From Sphaerodactylus townsendi (lineage: Eukaryota): a DNA stretch of 64,000 bases. The position numbers and the translations under genes were made by a program. Shown here piece by piece: positions 37,530 through 48,843 of the stretch. The stretch lies in contig NC_059434.1 in the NCBI RefSeq assembly GCF_021028975.2, positions 54,436,001 to 54,500,000 of the forward strand, in the 5' to 3' direction. Below the pieces are notes generated by a model. The model was not told where the DNA came from. It was given only the letters and a program-made list of their open reading frames with translations, and made no database searches. Numbering within the stretch: the first letter of the stretch is position 1; each line of letters opens with the position of its first letter.

Positions 37530-38200
37530 CCAGCTGCATTGGTTCCAGGTGGAGTACTGAGTCAAATTCAAGGTTCTGATGTTTACCTTCAAAGTCCTAT
37601 ATGGTCTAGGGCCATCCAAAGGATACTGCATTCCACAAATGGCAATCTACTGGTGATCCTTGGTCTGGTAGTGTGAAGAGGGGATTGGAATGTTAGTCCA
37701 TTACTGCTTAACACCTGCTGTGAAGTTTGCTGTCTGTGTTATCTGTACTACTTGGCACTATTCCCAGACTGGCCCAGTCCGGCATGTGAAGGTTTCTGTG
37801 GGGGACGGACCACAGTTCTCTTGGATACTTTTCTATAGTCTTTTATCTCATTGCTTGCAAGCCTTTGAAGGGAGCTTCAGCCTTTCAATAAAGATCCTAT
37901 TCTTCTATAGAGATTCTGATTGTCTGGTCTCAGTTCGTTACATTTTGTGAGCAAACTTCAGTGTACAATCTCTGCCAGTTTACTGTACAAGATTGTACTG
38001 TACTAGATCCCACAGAGCCTGGGTCTCACTAAACAGAGCGTTCCACAAGTTGGGTCATGCCTAGTCAGACCAGGACCAGGGCTTTTTCAACCCTGACCCC
38101 AACTTGTGGAACACTCTGTTTAGTGAGACCCAGGCTCTGTGGGATCTAGTGCAGTTATGCAGGGCCTGTAAGACAAAGCTGTTCCATCAGAGCTGGTTGA
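37530..38200 (+). mobile_element. L2-type LINE 3' fragment, interrupted by an insertion and an inverted duplication
   Basis: 37531-37613 reads QLHWFQVEY*VKFKVLMFTFKVLYGLGP; 38060-38190 reads TRTRAFSTLTPTCGTL...RACKTKLFHQS. Both resemble L2 ORF2 C-terminal motifs. Confidence 0.65.
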
Positions 38201-38378
38201 AGCAGCGACTAATGGCCTTTCTCTTCTATTCCACCTTCCATCTATAAGTTATAACGATGTATACATTCAAATCAATTAAATATCAACTGATAGCATCTAA
38301 ACATTCTATCAATCAAGTAAGTAAAATGTCTGAGGCAATGATGCCCAAAAAAAAAGAAAGAAAAATTGTGTAAAAAAG

Positions 38379-38546
38379 GTGACCGTGATGAAGAAGAAAA
38401 ACAGATACTTTCTGGACACAGCGTATGACAAACTTCCCTCTGTGATACACCTTTGAAGATGCCAGCCACAGATGCAGGATGAAACGTTAGGAACAAGATC
38501 TACCAGACCACGGCTACACATCCCGGAAAACCCACCACAACCAGTC
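38379..38546 (+). mobile_element. Penelope-like terminal repeat with partly decayed hammerhead
   Basis: cctTTGAAGAtgccagccacagatgcaggatGAAACGTTAgga; homologous to 8469-8660. Confidence 0.75.
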
Positions 38547-38839
38547 AATCATTATTATTTCTATTTTAGTGATAAATAACTAGAATAGGGAGATTAAGAT
38601 GATAAGCATTTATTGTCATTGTGCATGCACAACGAAATTTACAAGCATTCCCCGATGCACACTATTTCTTATGAAGACTACCCCCTCCCTTGCCTGTATT
38701 TCTATAGCCCTTCGGGGATGGGACGGTATAAAAGTCCAAACAATATAGCTGAGCAGCAATTTTAAAATCCTGCTGAAGTCTTGTTTATTCTTTGGATGCA
38801 TTTTGAATCATTCCAGGAAATATTAGTATACATTAATGG

Positions 38840-39055
38840 CAGTCTTGAGGCATCTTAGAGGCTAACAAATTTTATTCTAACATAAGCTTTCATGGGCTAC
38901 ATCTATCAGCTCTAGTCCATGAAAGCTTATGTTAGAATAAAAAATTGTGGGTTGTAGTTCACAAAAGCTGATACTAGAATAAAACTTGCTAGTCTTTAAG
39001 ATACCAAAAAGGGAAAAAACCTCTTGGTTTATTTTTGCTGCAACAATGGCTACTC
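38840..39055. mobile_element. Penelope-like fragment (second family) in inverted arrangement
   Basis: 26-bp inverted arms ttttattctaacataagctttcatgg (38870-38895) / ccatgaaagcttatgttagaataaaa (38917-38942). Confidence 0.6.
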
Positions 39056-39137
39056 TTGCAATATTAGAATTTTCTCAATGCTAATTTTCTCATGTTTAAA
39101 CACTCTTTGTAGCAAACCCTTTCACAGCTGGTATCAA

Positions 39138-39275
39138 CTGGTTGTTGTGGGGTTTCTGGGCTGTGTCACTGTGGTCCGGAGGATATTGCTCTTAACATTT
39201 CACCCACACTTATGGCTGGCATACCAGATCTATCAGACTATGACCATGCATCCCAAAAAACCCAAATCACCCAAC
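39138..39275. mobile_element. Penelope-like fragment with inverted halves
   Basis: ctggttgttgtggggtttctgggctgtg...tggctggcat followed by the reverse-orientation agatctatcagactatgacc...aaaacccaaatcaccc. Confidence 0.6.
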
Positions 39276-39347
39276 CCCGCTTATTAGCTTTGATTTTCAT
39301 TTTCTCTATATTCTTCTCCAAAGTTGATTACTTAAAAGTCTAACTAA

Positions 39348-39870
39348 GGCCCTTTCTGCACGGGCCATATACGGCGCCCTGGGGATGGCAAACATGCCGT
39401 CCCCAGGGAGCCGTTCGCACAGGCAGCGCTGCTAAAATGCAGCAGCGCCGACCTGGCTCCCCTCCACCACCCCCAGGGCGGCATCAGGCCGCCTCCAAAA
39501 ACCTCCCTCCTGGGGGGAGGTTTTTGGAAAACAGTGCATTCCCGCTGGCACGGTGCGAACGGCACCGCCGGGAACACGCTGTTTTCCCCATCCCTCTCCC
39601 ACTCACTTCGTCACCTTCATCGCTCTACTGGACTGCTGAGACCTTCCCTCGTTGTCCTCCAACCCCTGGAGGTCGGAGGGCAGCGTGGGCGACAAAGGCG
39701 ACGAGGTGAGTGTGGGGGGATGGGGAAGAGGCAGCTCCATGCGGAGCTGCCTCTCCCGCACCAGCCTCTGCAGGGGCCGCTCGCACGCTTCCGTGCGAAC
39801 AGACCCCACCCCTCCACCGGCAGAATTCCTGCCGGTGCAGGGGCGCCCTTTCTGCAGTGCGGAAAGGGCC
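39348..39870. mobile_element. PIF/Harbinger-type MITE
   Basis: TIR GGCCCTTTCTGCAC ... GTGCGGAAAGGGCC; exact TSD TAA (canonical for Harbinger). Confidence 0.92.
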
Positions 39871-40764
39871 TAAACATTACAAGTGACACAAGTTAGGACA
39901 TGGGTGCCAACTTGAATCACTGTCACATGTATGAAAGGTGGAGCCCTCCGGGGATGGGGTGGTATAAAAGTTTAAAAAATAAATAAATAAATAAATAAAT
40001 AAACTTACCTTGAAAGTATTCTGCTGCTCCATTTGGTTCTGTGAATTAAACATGGAGGAGGAAGGAAAATGGTGTGGGCGGGAAGCAGGAAATGGTGTGG
40101 GAAGAGTAAGATTAGAGTTCATTAGCTCCAACAAGATTTTTGGGGTATAAACTTTCAAGAGACAAAACTCCCTTTATGTGGGAAGGGAACTGAAATCCGC
40201 ACCCCCCTTGGCCCCCCCCACCACTATGCTCATTAGTCAAATGCAGTAATGGTATAGTTACAAACTAAGTTCTATCATTCATATGTGGGACAGTGAGTCA
40301 GGCAACCATGCCCCACTCATAGTGCCAGAAACATCTAGTTCGATTTTTATTCATCACTCCGCATCACCACTGGAGCTCACACATTAGCCTATGCACGATT
40401 TTACTCTAGGAACTTCACTGTAGGAATTCTGCTTCCTGTGAAGAACCCCCACATCGATCATTTCCAATCTGGTAAACATTTACCCACAAGAAGGAGTGTG
40501 TGTGAATTGTGTAGCTCATCACCTTTGATGGTTGCACGTGCATCTATTTTCATTCTTTTCCATTAGCTGGGAAGCCATAACTTACTGTTAATGTCATTCC
40601 TGTTCCCATCAAGAAATGGAAAAAAAAGTCCAAGGCACCTCAGGGATACCACCAAAACCATTCCCAGCTTTGTCTAGCTTAGTTCTAATTAAATCAGTGT
40701 TTTCAGTGGTACTAATCATAATTTGTGCTCAGAGTTCATATCCCTCATGGAACAGACATGCGAA

Positions 40765-40829
40765 ATTAAAATTTAAACAAGGATGTTGACCATCAAATGG
40801 ATGGTCAACATCCTTGTTTAAATTTTAAT
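40765..40829. repeat. Perfect 30-bp inverted repeat with 5-nt loop
   Basis: attaaaatttaaacaaggatgttgaccatc-aaatg-gatggtcaacatccttgtttaaattttaat. Confidence 0.95.
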
Positions 40830-41849
40830 GGTAGTTTTTCTTTGTCATTTTGTATTGTTATTCTTTTTTCAGCCAATAACACCATGGAGGGGAAAGCAGA
40901 GGGCATAAATCCTTTCTCAAGCATATAATCAGTGCTTTCTCCTCCTACTCTGCAGTTCTTATCTAAACTGACTACTGATGTGGATACTACTAGCCTTTAA
41001 AAATTCTGAAAATCTCCTTTTATATATCTCTCAACTTCTCATCTAGTTAAACCTTCATAGGCCTATTCCCATATACATTTTCATACATAAATGAAGGATA
41101 TACATCTGTTCTTGAAAGGAAAGAGCCATAACAGTTTTTTGTACCTACAATGAATTGAGAAATGTATGTTTGTTTTAATTATTCCCATTAGCCAATCTTC
41201 CTATTCCCTAGTCTTCAGTTTTGTCTTCCTACCTGTCAGTCTTTCCCTTGTAAAAGTTGGCCAAGTTGCGCTGTGGCTGTATGCTTTCCAGTTGACCACT
41301 CATAGTGAACAATCTTCTTCCCCCCATTCCCAATGCTCTCATCCTCGGAATTCCTTAATGGAGAAGAGGAAGCAAATGGAGTAGTAGTAGAAAATGATAT
41401 CACATCCATATGGAGGCAACAGCACAGCATCTAAAAACTACTCAACAACATCCACAATAGTCTAGAAACTTCCCCAAATATCTATGTGTTTTGATACAGA
41501 GATCGGGAAAATTCCTAGTTTATCATGACCACTGTTATATCATTGGTGCTAGTCATTATGATGACATAATATCTGTTCCACTGTCATCTTCCCTGATTCC
41601 ACCCCAAATGCTCCCTCCCACATTCAGGCCCTTGGTCCAGTTGTGTGATGGCTATCACCCCTAGGATTAATTATGTGGTGGCCTCTGGGCCAGGCAGGCC
41701 AAATTTGTGGGCAGCGAGACTCCAGTCATTGACCCTGGGCCTGTGTCCAGCGAGTCCTTCTCCATTAGGAAACATTACAGGGAAGAGGGCTATATTGGTT
41801 TACAATTATATTACTGGTCCTCTCCCCCATGGCTTTGTTTTATTGTGAC

Positions 41850-42203
41850 CTTCGTGACATAAGGTTCAGTGAAAAAGAACCTGAGAAGGTCACTAAATAT
41901 CATGATTTGAAGATGGAGATTCAGCAACTATGGCAAAAACCAGCTGAGGTCATCCCAGTGGCAATAGGCACCCTGAGCACCACTCGAAAAACTCTAGGGC
42001 TGTACCTGAAACACCTTCAAATTGACAAAATAAACATCTGTCAGATTCAGAAGGCAGGCCTGCTGGGATTTGCACAAATACTACATCGATACATTACAAC
42101 ATTCTAGGCCTCTGGGTGAGGCATGAATTGTAATGAAAGACCAACAACAGCCAGCTAAAGAACTGGCAGCTGGGATATTAAACAAAATAAAATAATAATA
42201 ATA
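41850..42203 (+). mobile_element. R4/Dong-clade non-LTR retrotransposon 3' end
   Basis: RFSEKEPEKVTKYHDLKMEIQQLWQKPAEVIPVAIGTLS...QIQKAGLLGFAQILHRYI* resembles a REL endonuclease C-terminus; short 3' UTR and (TAA)n tail. Confidence 0.8.
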
Positions 42204-42956
42204 CTTTGTTTTATTTTGATTTGCTTTTGTGCAGAGGAATTTCCTTTTTTGCATTTAAAGTGTCAAAATGTTCTTGTGAGGAGATTTGTAAATTCGATAT
42301 ATTTGTAACCATGGGCCATGAATGCAGCTATGATTGGGGCTGGCTGAAATCTTCCTTCCCAGTTGTTTAGATTAGGAAATATATTGCTGGGATCAGAATG
42401 CTGCTTATTATTTTGGAAATATGAGTTATTAGCTATGATATCTGGGGCCCTTGGAAAATGGATCTTGATTGAATGCCTCCTACAGTGGGCTTGCATATGT
42501 GACTGATAGAGGAGTGGCTCCACATTCCTTTTCTCTTTGGTCTGACTTAGTACTTCTTGATATTAGTCCCATTCAGACTCCTTCAAGTTTTCTGGGTCCA
42601 CGTTGAAATGTTTGTGTTTACAGAAGGAAAGTAAACAAAAATGGGTGTCCTTGTCTAAGGTTCTCATGCGCATTATCTATTGACAACGTGCTTCAGAATT
42701 AGATAGGCAATTTTTTTAAAAAAAGATTTTTTTATACAACAATACTAAAAGAAAACCGAAAGAAAAACAATTTTACAACAATATACATTGATACAATTTT
42801 AAAATTTAAAGTAGTGTAGATCCTACCTAACTTTTTTTTTTAGATTGGCAATTCTAATGTATCCAGGCTACTCCAACTGGAGTCAAGTTACACATTATAA
42901 ACTACCTCCCATATTCCCCAACATTTGGTCAGCTCCCTGAAAGCTGATTGGATATT

Positions 42957-43134
42957 GTATTGTCGAAGGCTTTCACGACCGGAATCACTGGGGTGCTGTG
43001 CGGTTTCCGGGCTGTATGGCCGTGTTCTAGCAGCATTCTCTCCTGACGTTTCGCCTGCATCTGTGGCTGGCATCTTCAGAGGATCTGATAGGATCTGAAC
43101 CTATCAGATCCTCTGAAGATGCCAGCCACAGATG
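42957..43134 (-). mobile_element. Penelope-like terminal repeat with inverted partial duplication
   Basis: gtattgtcgaaggctttcacgaccggaatcactgggg...cctgacgtttcgcctgcatctgtggctggcatcttcagagg; perfect 35-bp inverted arms 43058-43092 / 43100-43134. Confidence 0.85.
43041..43083 (-). ncRNA. Minimal type I hammerhead ribozyme
   Basis: Minus strand: UCCU-CUGAAGA-U-GCC(agccacagaugca)GGC-GAAA-C-GUC-AGGA. Core CUGANGA and GAAA present; stem I UCCU/AGGA; stem II GCC/GGC; GUC cleavage triplet; minimal palindromic stem III (ACGU). Confidence 0.75.
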
Positions 43135-46100
43135 AGTAAATCAGGAAATACTAAACCACATATTTCGAAACCACAACACCAGACCTATTAGCAGCCTTCA
43201 GATTGGCTCAAGTATCTACATTGGATTGGTTGTTTGAAAGCTAGACGCCATACATCCTCCTGCTCATTGCAATATATATATATATATTGGCTGCATCCCT
43301 ACAACTACACCTATACCCACACCTACACACACACGCACACACATTTTGTCCTGCAGGTGCAGGGGTGCAGCCAATATTACAAAATGAATGTATTATCTTA
43401 AATGACTATCAGCTTCTGTGGACAAGAATGTAAAGTGAGAATTGGTGCATAATGACTCATAAAATGCAGGATTTGTTTTTTAAAGAAAACAAAATCTGAA
43501 TATCACTTTGATGCTTTGGCTCATATGAATCAAACTGCAACTGTTCCAATGACAATGGCTTACTGTTCGTACATGATATATACATATCATTACTCTGGCA
43601 TGAATCAGAAGACAAATGTGCTTTTTGTCATGCATAGCTTATAATAATTCTTCTTAAATATGTAGTAGTGTAATATAAATAGGTCTAAATGAGAACAAAA
43701 TATTCTTGGAATTGGAAATATTTTGATGACTTATCCAGCTAGGAAAATGTACTGAATAATATGTGAATGTGACATGTTTCCCCCAAACACTCCTTTTATG
43801 TTGAAGAAACAAGAAACAGATCTGTAGTAATCAAGTTTACTTTATATAGCTTATTTACCTAATGTATTCAACCAATTCCCCTGAATATAAAACCATTTCC
43901 TAGTTACCAGAAGACCCTTAGAAATATCATTATATCATTCTGAAATATTAATTTATTTTCTTTTATAGTCAAACTTTCTCAGTAATAACTCCTATAACAT
44001 TTTCAAAGGAGAAACTGAGGATTATATAATCCATCATATGTTGTTGTCAGGACCAATTTTGCTGGATCTGTCCTATAGGTTAACTTTGGATAGCTCCTAG
44101 ATCTTCATTGGACTGGCACGTCAGTGTGGATCTCAGTGGAATAAATAAAGCAGTTGTACAAGTTCTATGATACTAATGGACTGATACTCTTTGCACTGCT
44201 TGCTTTCATAAGACAGCAAGTACACAATGTTCACAATATTTTAGCTGTTGGTCTTTTTCTCTTCTTTGAACATAGTTGAAGCAGAATCTTCAAAAACAGC
44301 TTTAAACTCCTGGCAAGAGTCCTTCAAGTTATTTTCAGTCATCTCTTTTATATTGCTGCAGGCCATAATACTACATCTGACAAAGATGACCACATGCCTC
44401 CAACCACTTATGGTTTTCACTCGCCTTCCACATAATGTTGTGATGTCTCTCTTGGGGTTTTCTCATGGACCACTGGACTAATGCTGCAGGCTGTTGCAAT
44501 GGTTATAACTTTTTCATTCTTAGTGGGTGGCTGTTGCACATTTGGATTGGCTCTGCATTGGTTGCAGTTGTTGATCATTGGAAGTTGATTGTTAAATGGG
44601 AAATTGTTTTTAAAGGTCTGTGCTGGAGACCGCTTGGAAACCTTTTATTAAAATTTGCTCCTTAAACAAGTGTGTTACAGTCTATTTATTACTTATGAGA
44701 TGGTAGAGTGAACAATACCATTTCAGATTGCAGGTTTATATAGCATTTTAATGCTTCCCAGTTATAGTCAAAACACACAACTCCAGGAGAAAGTTGCTAA
44801 TGCAGCCCTCTTCCTTGCTGTGCTACTTATGTACTTGCAAGTCTTTTGTGCAATTCTACCACTTCAGCATACTTACCATCTCATTGTCGTTCGACTGAGC
44901 AATATGCTCATGATTTAATATGCATGTTTTAACTTTGTAAAATATGAAGCATTAATAATCCAGTTGCTTCTGGGAATATACAGAGCACATTTCTATTACA
45001 GCATTTCTCTTATGGCAGTTCAGGAAGTGGTAACATTTTCAGCCCAAATATGTCCATTTGTAAAGATGCCCTTGTGAGGAAGGTTGTATTGGCTACTTGA
45101 CCAGACACACTTACAGCAAGTGGAGCCCCTGTTGCTCGGCACATGTGTTGAAGTTGCCTAACTATGATTCTGATATGGTAGCCATTATCCTGAGCAACAT
45201 CTCAACCCACCAATGTTCCTTGTTAAATCATACTCATTCTGTTGGATAGTCAAGGATCTTGGTCCTTTAAGAACCATTCAGATTCTTTACCCAGTAATTG
45301 AGCAGAGTGCAGCATTCAACCTGTGTGTGGGTACAAAATCATTCAGATTTTGTCTATTCAAACTAATATATTTCATTTATTGTAGGAACTTAATTTCTAG
45401 ATAGGATATAGCTTAAGCATAGTTTTCTAATCTGACTAGGATAGAAGGACCACTAGGATCTGATTAGGATAGAGGGAGATACAGGACCTGCATCTTGCCT
45501 TTATAGTGGAAAGATGGAAAAGTGTATATGCATGTGATAGGAGGTGTGAGAAGAAGCAGGAAGGAAGGAAATTTCCCTGACAGTAGCAATCTACACATCA
45601 AAGTGATAGTGTCAGAGTACTAAGGAAATGATTCCCAGTATCTTGATCACTCTGTTTGACTCTTTAGTCAAGTACCGCTCTGAAGTCTAAGGTTAAGAAA
45701 CAGCACAAAGTTCTCCACTTCCAACACACTTAATGGAGGAAGGGGAATCTAAAGGGAACAGATGTTGCATGAAATGTTAGTGTCACTACCAGGTGGAGAT
45801 TCTGAAGTGTCATTGATGCGCTGACCAATACTTCAGGATTTTTTCTAGTCAGAAAAGTTTGGACATCCCTCTGTATGGTGACATTAATGTGTTGTGCAAC
45901 ACTGCATCATCCTGCCCGATTCCCTCTGTAGGAATGGGACACAGGTCTGATGATTCTAAATCCAGATTCACACAGTTGCACTTAATGTACATTATTTTAA
46001 GGCACGTGAAAAATAGGGAACAGGAGTAAATATCACTTATGAAACAAAATTAATTTCCTAAGATACATTTTGGTTTTTCTATGAAACTAATTTAAGCAGT

Positions 46101-46662
46101 GTTTTTGTTTGCAATTTAAACAATCAAATAAAAGGTCTAATTCAGGTCAACAATGCAGATGAATTTTGTGAAGTTAATTTTGTAGTGACATAGTACAAAA
46201 ATGATAAAAATGCATTTGAGATATGAGTGCAGCAAACTACAAGAGCACAGGATGACATTTCAAAAGCCGTGTATTTTGATGAGACTTTACAAGCTGTGTC
46301 ACCATGGTAAAATCAATTAAGATGTTTTGTCTTTAATACTCTATTTAGTACATTAATATTCTTATACTCTTCAAACTTTTCCTATGTACCAAGATTGAAC
46401 CCTTTAACCCCATGTTAGCATTGTTTGAAAATTTCAGTCTATTTATTCTAGAATAAATAAGTGAAGCCGTGTTCAGGGAAACAGCTGCCCTATGGTCCCC
46501 TGATAATCACAGCAAATACACACGCAAAATGGAAGAACACAGGCAGGAAAGTGTTGAATTGCATCCCACAAAACTTTTTGCTTTATCTTACCAAATCTTC
46601 TTCTTTACTACAGCCTGTACACTGTAAATGTAGATCCCATGATGCCCAGCATAAACTCTTGG

Positions 46663-46825
46663 TAGGGTTGCCAACAGACCTAAAGACAAAGGCCCTGTCT
46701 CTGTAACAGAGACTTATTGTGTGGAAACAGCAACTGAACCAGTTCATAGCATGAATTAAATGAATTTACCCATAAATAAATAAATGTTAGGACATTTTTT
46801 TTCCTCCAGGCAGTTGGCAACTTTA
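46663..46825. mobile_element. hAT-like MITE
   Basis: TAGGGTTGCCAAC ... GTTGGCAACTTTA termini; TSD not clear. A related element lies at about 29952-30140. Confidence 0.55.
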
Positions 46826-47065
46826 TTTTCAGGTGATCAAAGGAAGCATCTCCACCTACTTTCATTAGCAGAAAAGCTGGTTGGACCCAATCCATTTATT
46901 AGCAAATTAGTACTGCAAGGACTTTGATTCCCTGCTCTGCCGCTTGAGCTGTGGAGGCTTATCTGGGGAATTCTGATTAGCCTGTGCACTCCCACACACG
47001 CCAGCTGGGTGGCCTTGGTGTAATTTGCATGTGTTGTGGAATCCACCCATTTTAGCATATGTATG

Positions 47066-47134
47066 TAACACTGCCATACAACCCAGAAAACCCACAACAC
47101 CCTAGTGATTCTGGCCGTGAAAGCTTTCAACAAT
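47066..47134 (+). mobile_element. Penelope-like terminal fragment
   Basis: ccatacaacccagaaaacccacaacaccctagtgattctggccgtgaaagctttcaacaat. Confidence 0.65.
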
Positions 47135-47136
47135 TC

Positions 47137-47420
47137 AGTGTAGCATAATGGTTAAGAGTAGTGGACTCTAATCTGGAGAACTGGCTGTGATTCTCCATTC
47201 CTCCACATGAATGGTGGATTCTTATTTTGTGAACTGGATTTGTTTCCCCATTCCTACACATGAAACCTGAGGCTGACTGTGGGACAGTTCTCAGAACTCT
47301 CTCAGCCCTATCTACCTCACAAGGTGTCTATTGTAGGGAGAAGAAAAGAAGGAATTAGTAAACCACTTTGAAATTCCTTACAGGAGAGAAAGGTGTGTAA
47401 AAATCCAAATTCCTCTTCTT
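47137..47420 (+). mobile_element. tRNA-derived SINE (Squam3-like), full length
   Basis: ataatggttaagagtagtggactctaatctggagaactgg with an internal duplication, ...cctcacaaggtgtctattgtagggag...aatccaaattcctcttcttc tail. Confidence 0.8.
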
Positions 47421-47849
47421 CATGTTCTTTGTTTTCTTTGTCTTCATTGTCTTCATATTTGTCTTTTTGTCTTTGTCTTCTTATAGAAAGGAAGGCCCTA
47501 TTTGTGTTTATAGAAAAATAAATAAGTAAATAAATCACTGGGATTCTATTTTTTTTTTAGGAATAATGATCATGAATAATAAATTAACATTAGTCTTTCT
47601 TTTCTGAAGCACTTGCATGATACCTTCAGGGATTCTCTAGTAGTACTGAAATTTCAGTGTACATAGACCAGGAATGACCCATGAGTTTAGACAGAGTTTT
47701 TGAACCAAATGTAAACAAGTTCCGTAATAATCAATATAGCTAACAATGTAATCTTAAACAAATTTACCACCTTCTGAATCCATTGAAATTAATGGGTTAG
47801 AAGACTGTTACTCAGCTTATGATTGTACTGTAAACTGATTTAAATCATC

Positions 47850-48843
47850 CTGGAGAGAAGTAACTACTGGGGGTGCTGCAGGGTTCTGTCTTGGGGCCAC
47901 TACTATTTAATATTTTTATCAATGACTTGGCTCATAGAACAGAGGGAATGCTAATCAAATTTGCTGATGACACAAAATTAGGCAGAGTGAATTATTATCC
48001 CAGAGATCAGGGTCAGAATTCAAAATGACCTGAACAGATTAGAGAGCTGAGCCAAAACTAACAAAATGAACATCAACAGAGAGAAATATAAGATACTACA
48101 CTCAGGAAGAAAAAAGGAAACCAACATATAAAAGTTGTCACTCATTTTATATCTGTGCATTGGTTTGACAACAGTATACGTGAAAGGGATCTGGAAGTTT
48201 TAGTAAACCACAAACTGAATATGAGTCAGCAGTGTGATATGGCAGCCAAGAAAATAAATGCAATTCTGGGCTGCATGAATAGGAGTATAGTGTCTAGATC
48301 AAGGGAAGTAATAGAACCACTCTGTTCTGCATTAAGTTGAACCTCACCTGGAGTCTTAGTGTACACAGTTCTGGGCACCGCAATTCAAGAAGAAAGGATA
48401 TTAACCCAAATAGGAGCGAGGTCAAGAGGAGAACTAGGACATGGAAAAGGTTTGGAATCCATACCCTACGAGAAAACACCTAGGGAGCTGGGTATGTTTA
48501 GTTTGGTGAAGAGAAGGTTAAGACATTACATGATATCCATCATTAGATATTTGAAGGGATGTCATGTTGGTGAGGCAGCAAGCTTGTTTTATGCTGCTCT
48601 AGAGGCTAGGACCAGGAATAGTGTGTTTAAGGTGAAGGAAAGGAGATTCTACCTGAACATTGGGAAGAACTTCTTGAGAGTAAATATTGTTCGACAGTGG
48701 AATACAATATGGTGAAATATCCTTCTTTGAAGGTTTTTAAACAGTGGATAACCATCTGTCAGGAGGCCTTTGATTGTATATTCCTGTATGGCAGGGGTTG
48801 GACTTGATGGCCCTTGTGGTCTCTTCCAATTCTGTGATTCTAT
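47850..48843 (+). mobile_element. CR1 LINE, 5'-truncated 3' end (degenerate RT)
   Basis: [25 protein letters not shown]...IKFADDTKL...ERDLEVLVNHKLNMSQQCDMAAKKINAILGC; ends cttccaattctgtgattctat (CR1 3' octamer repeat). Confidence 0.93.
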
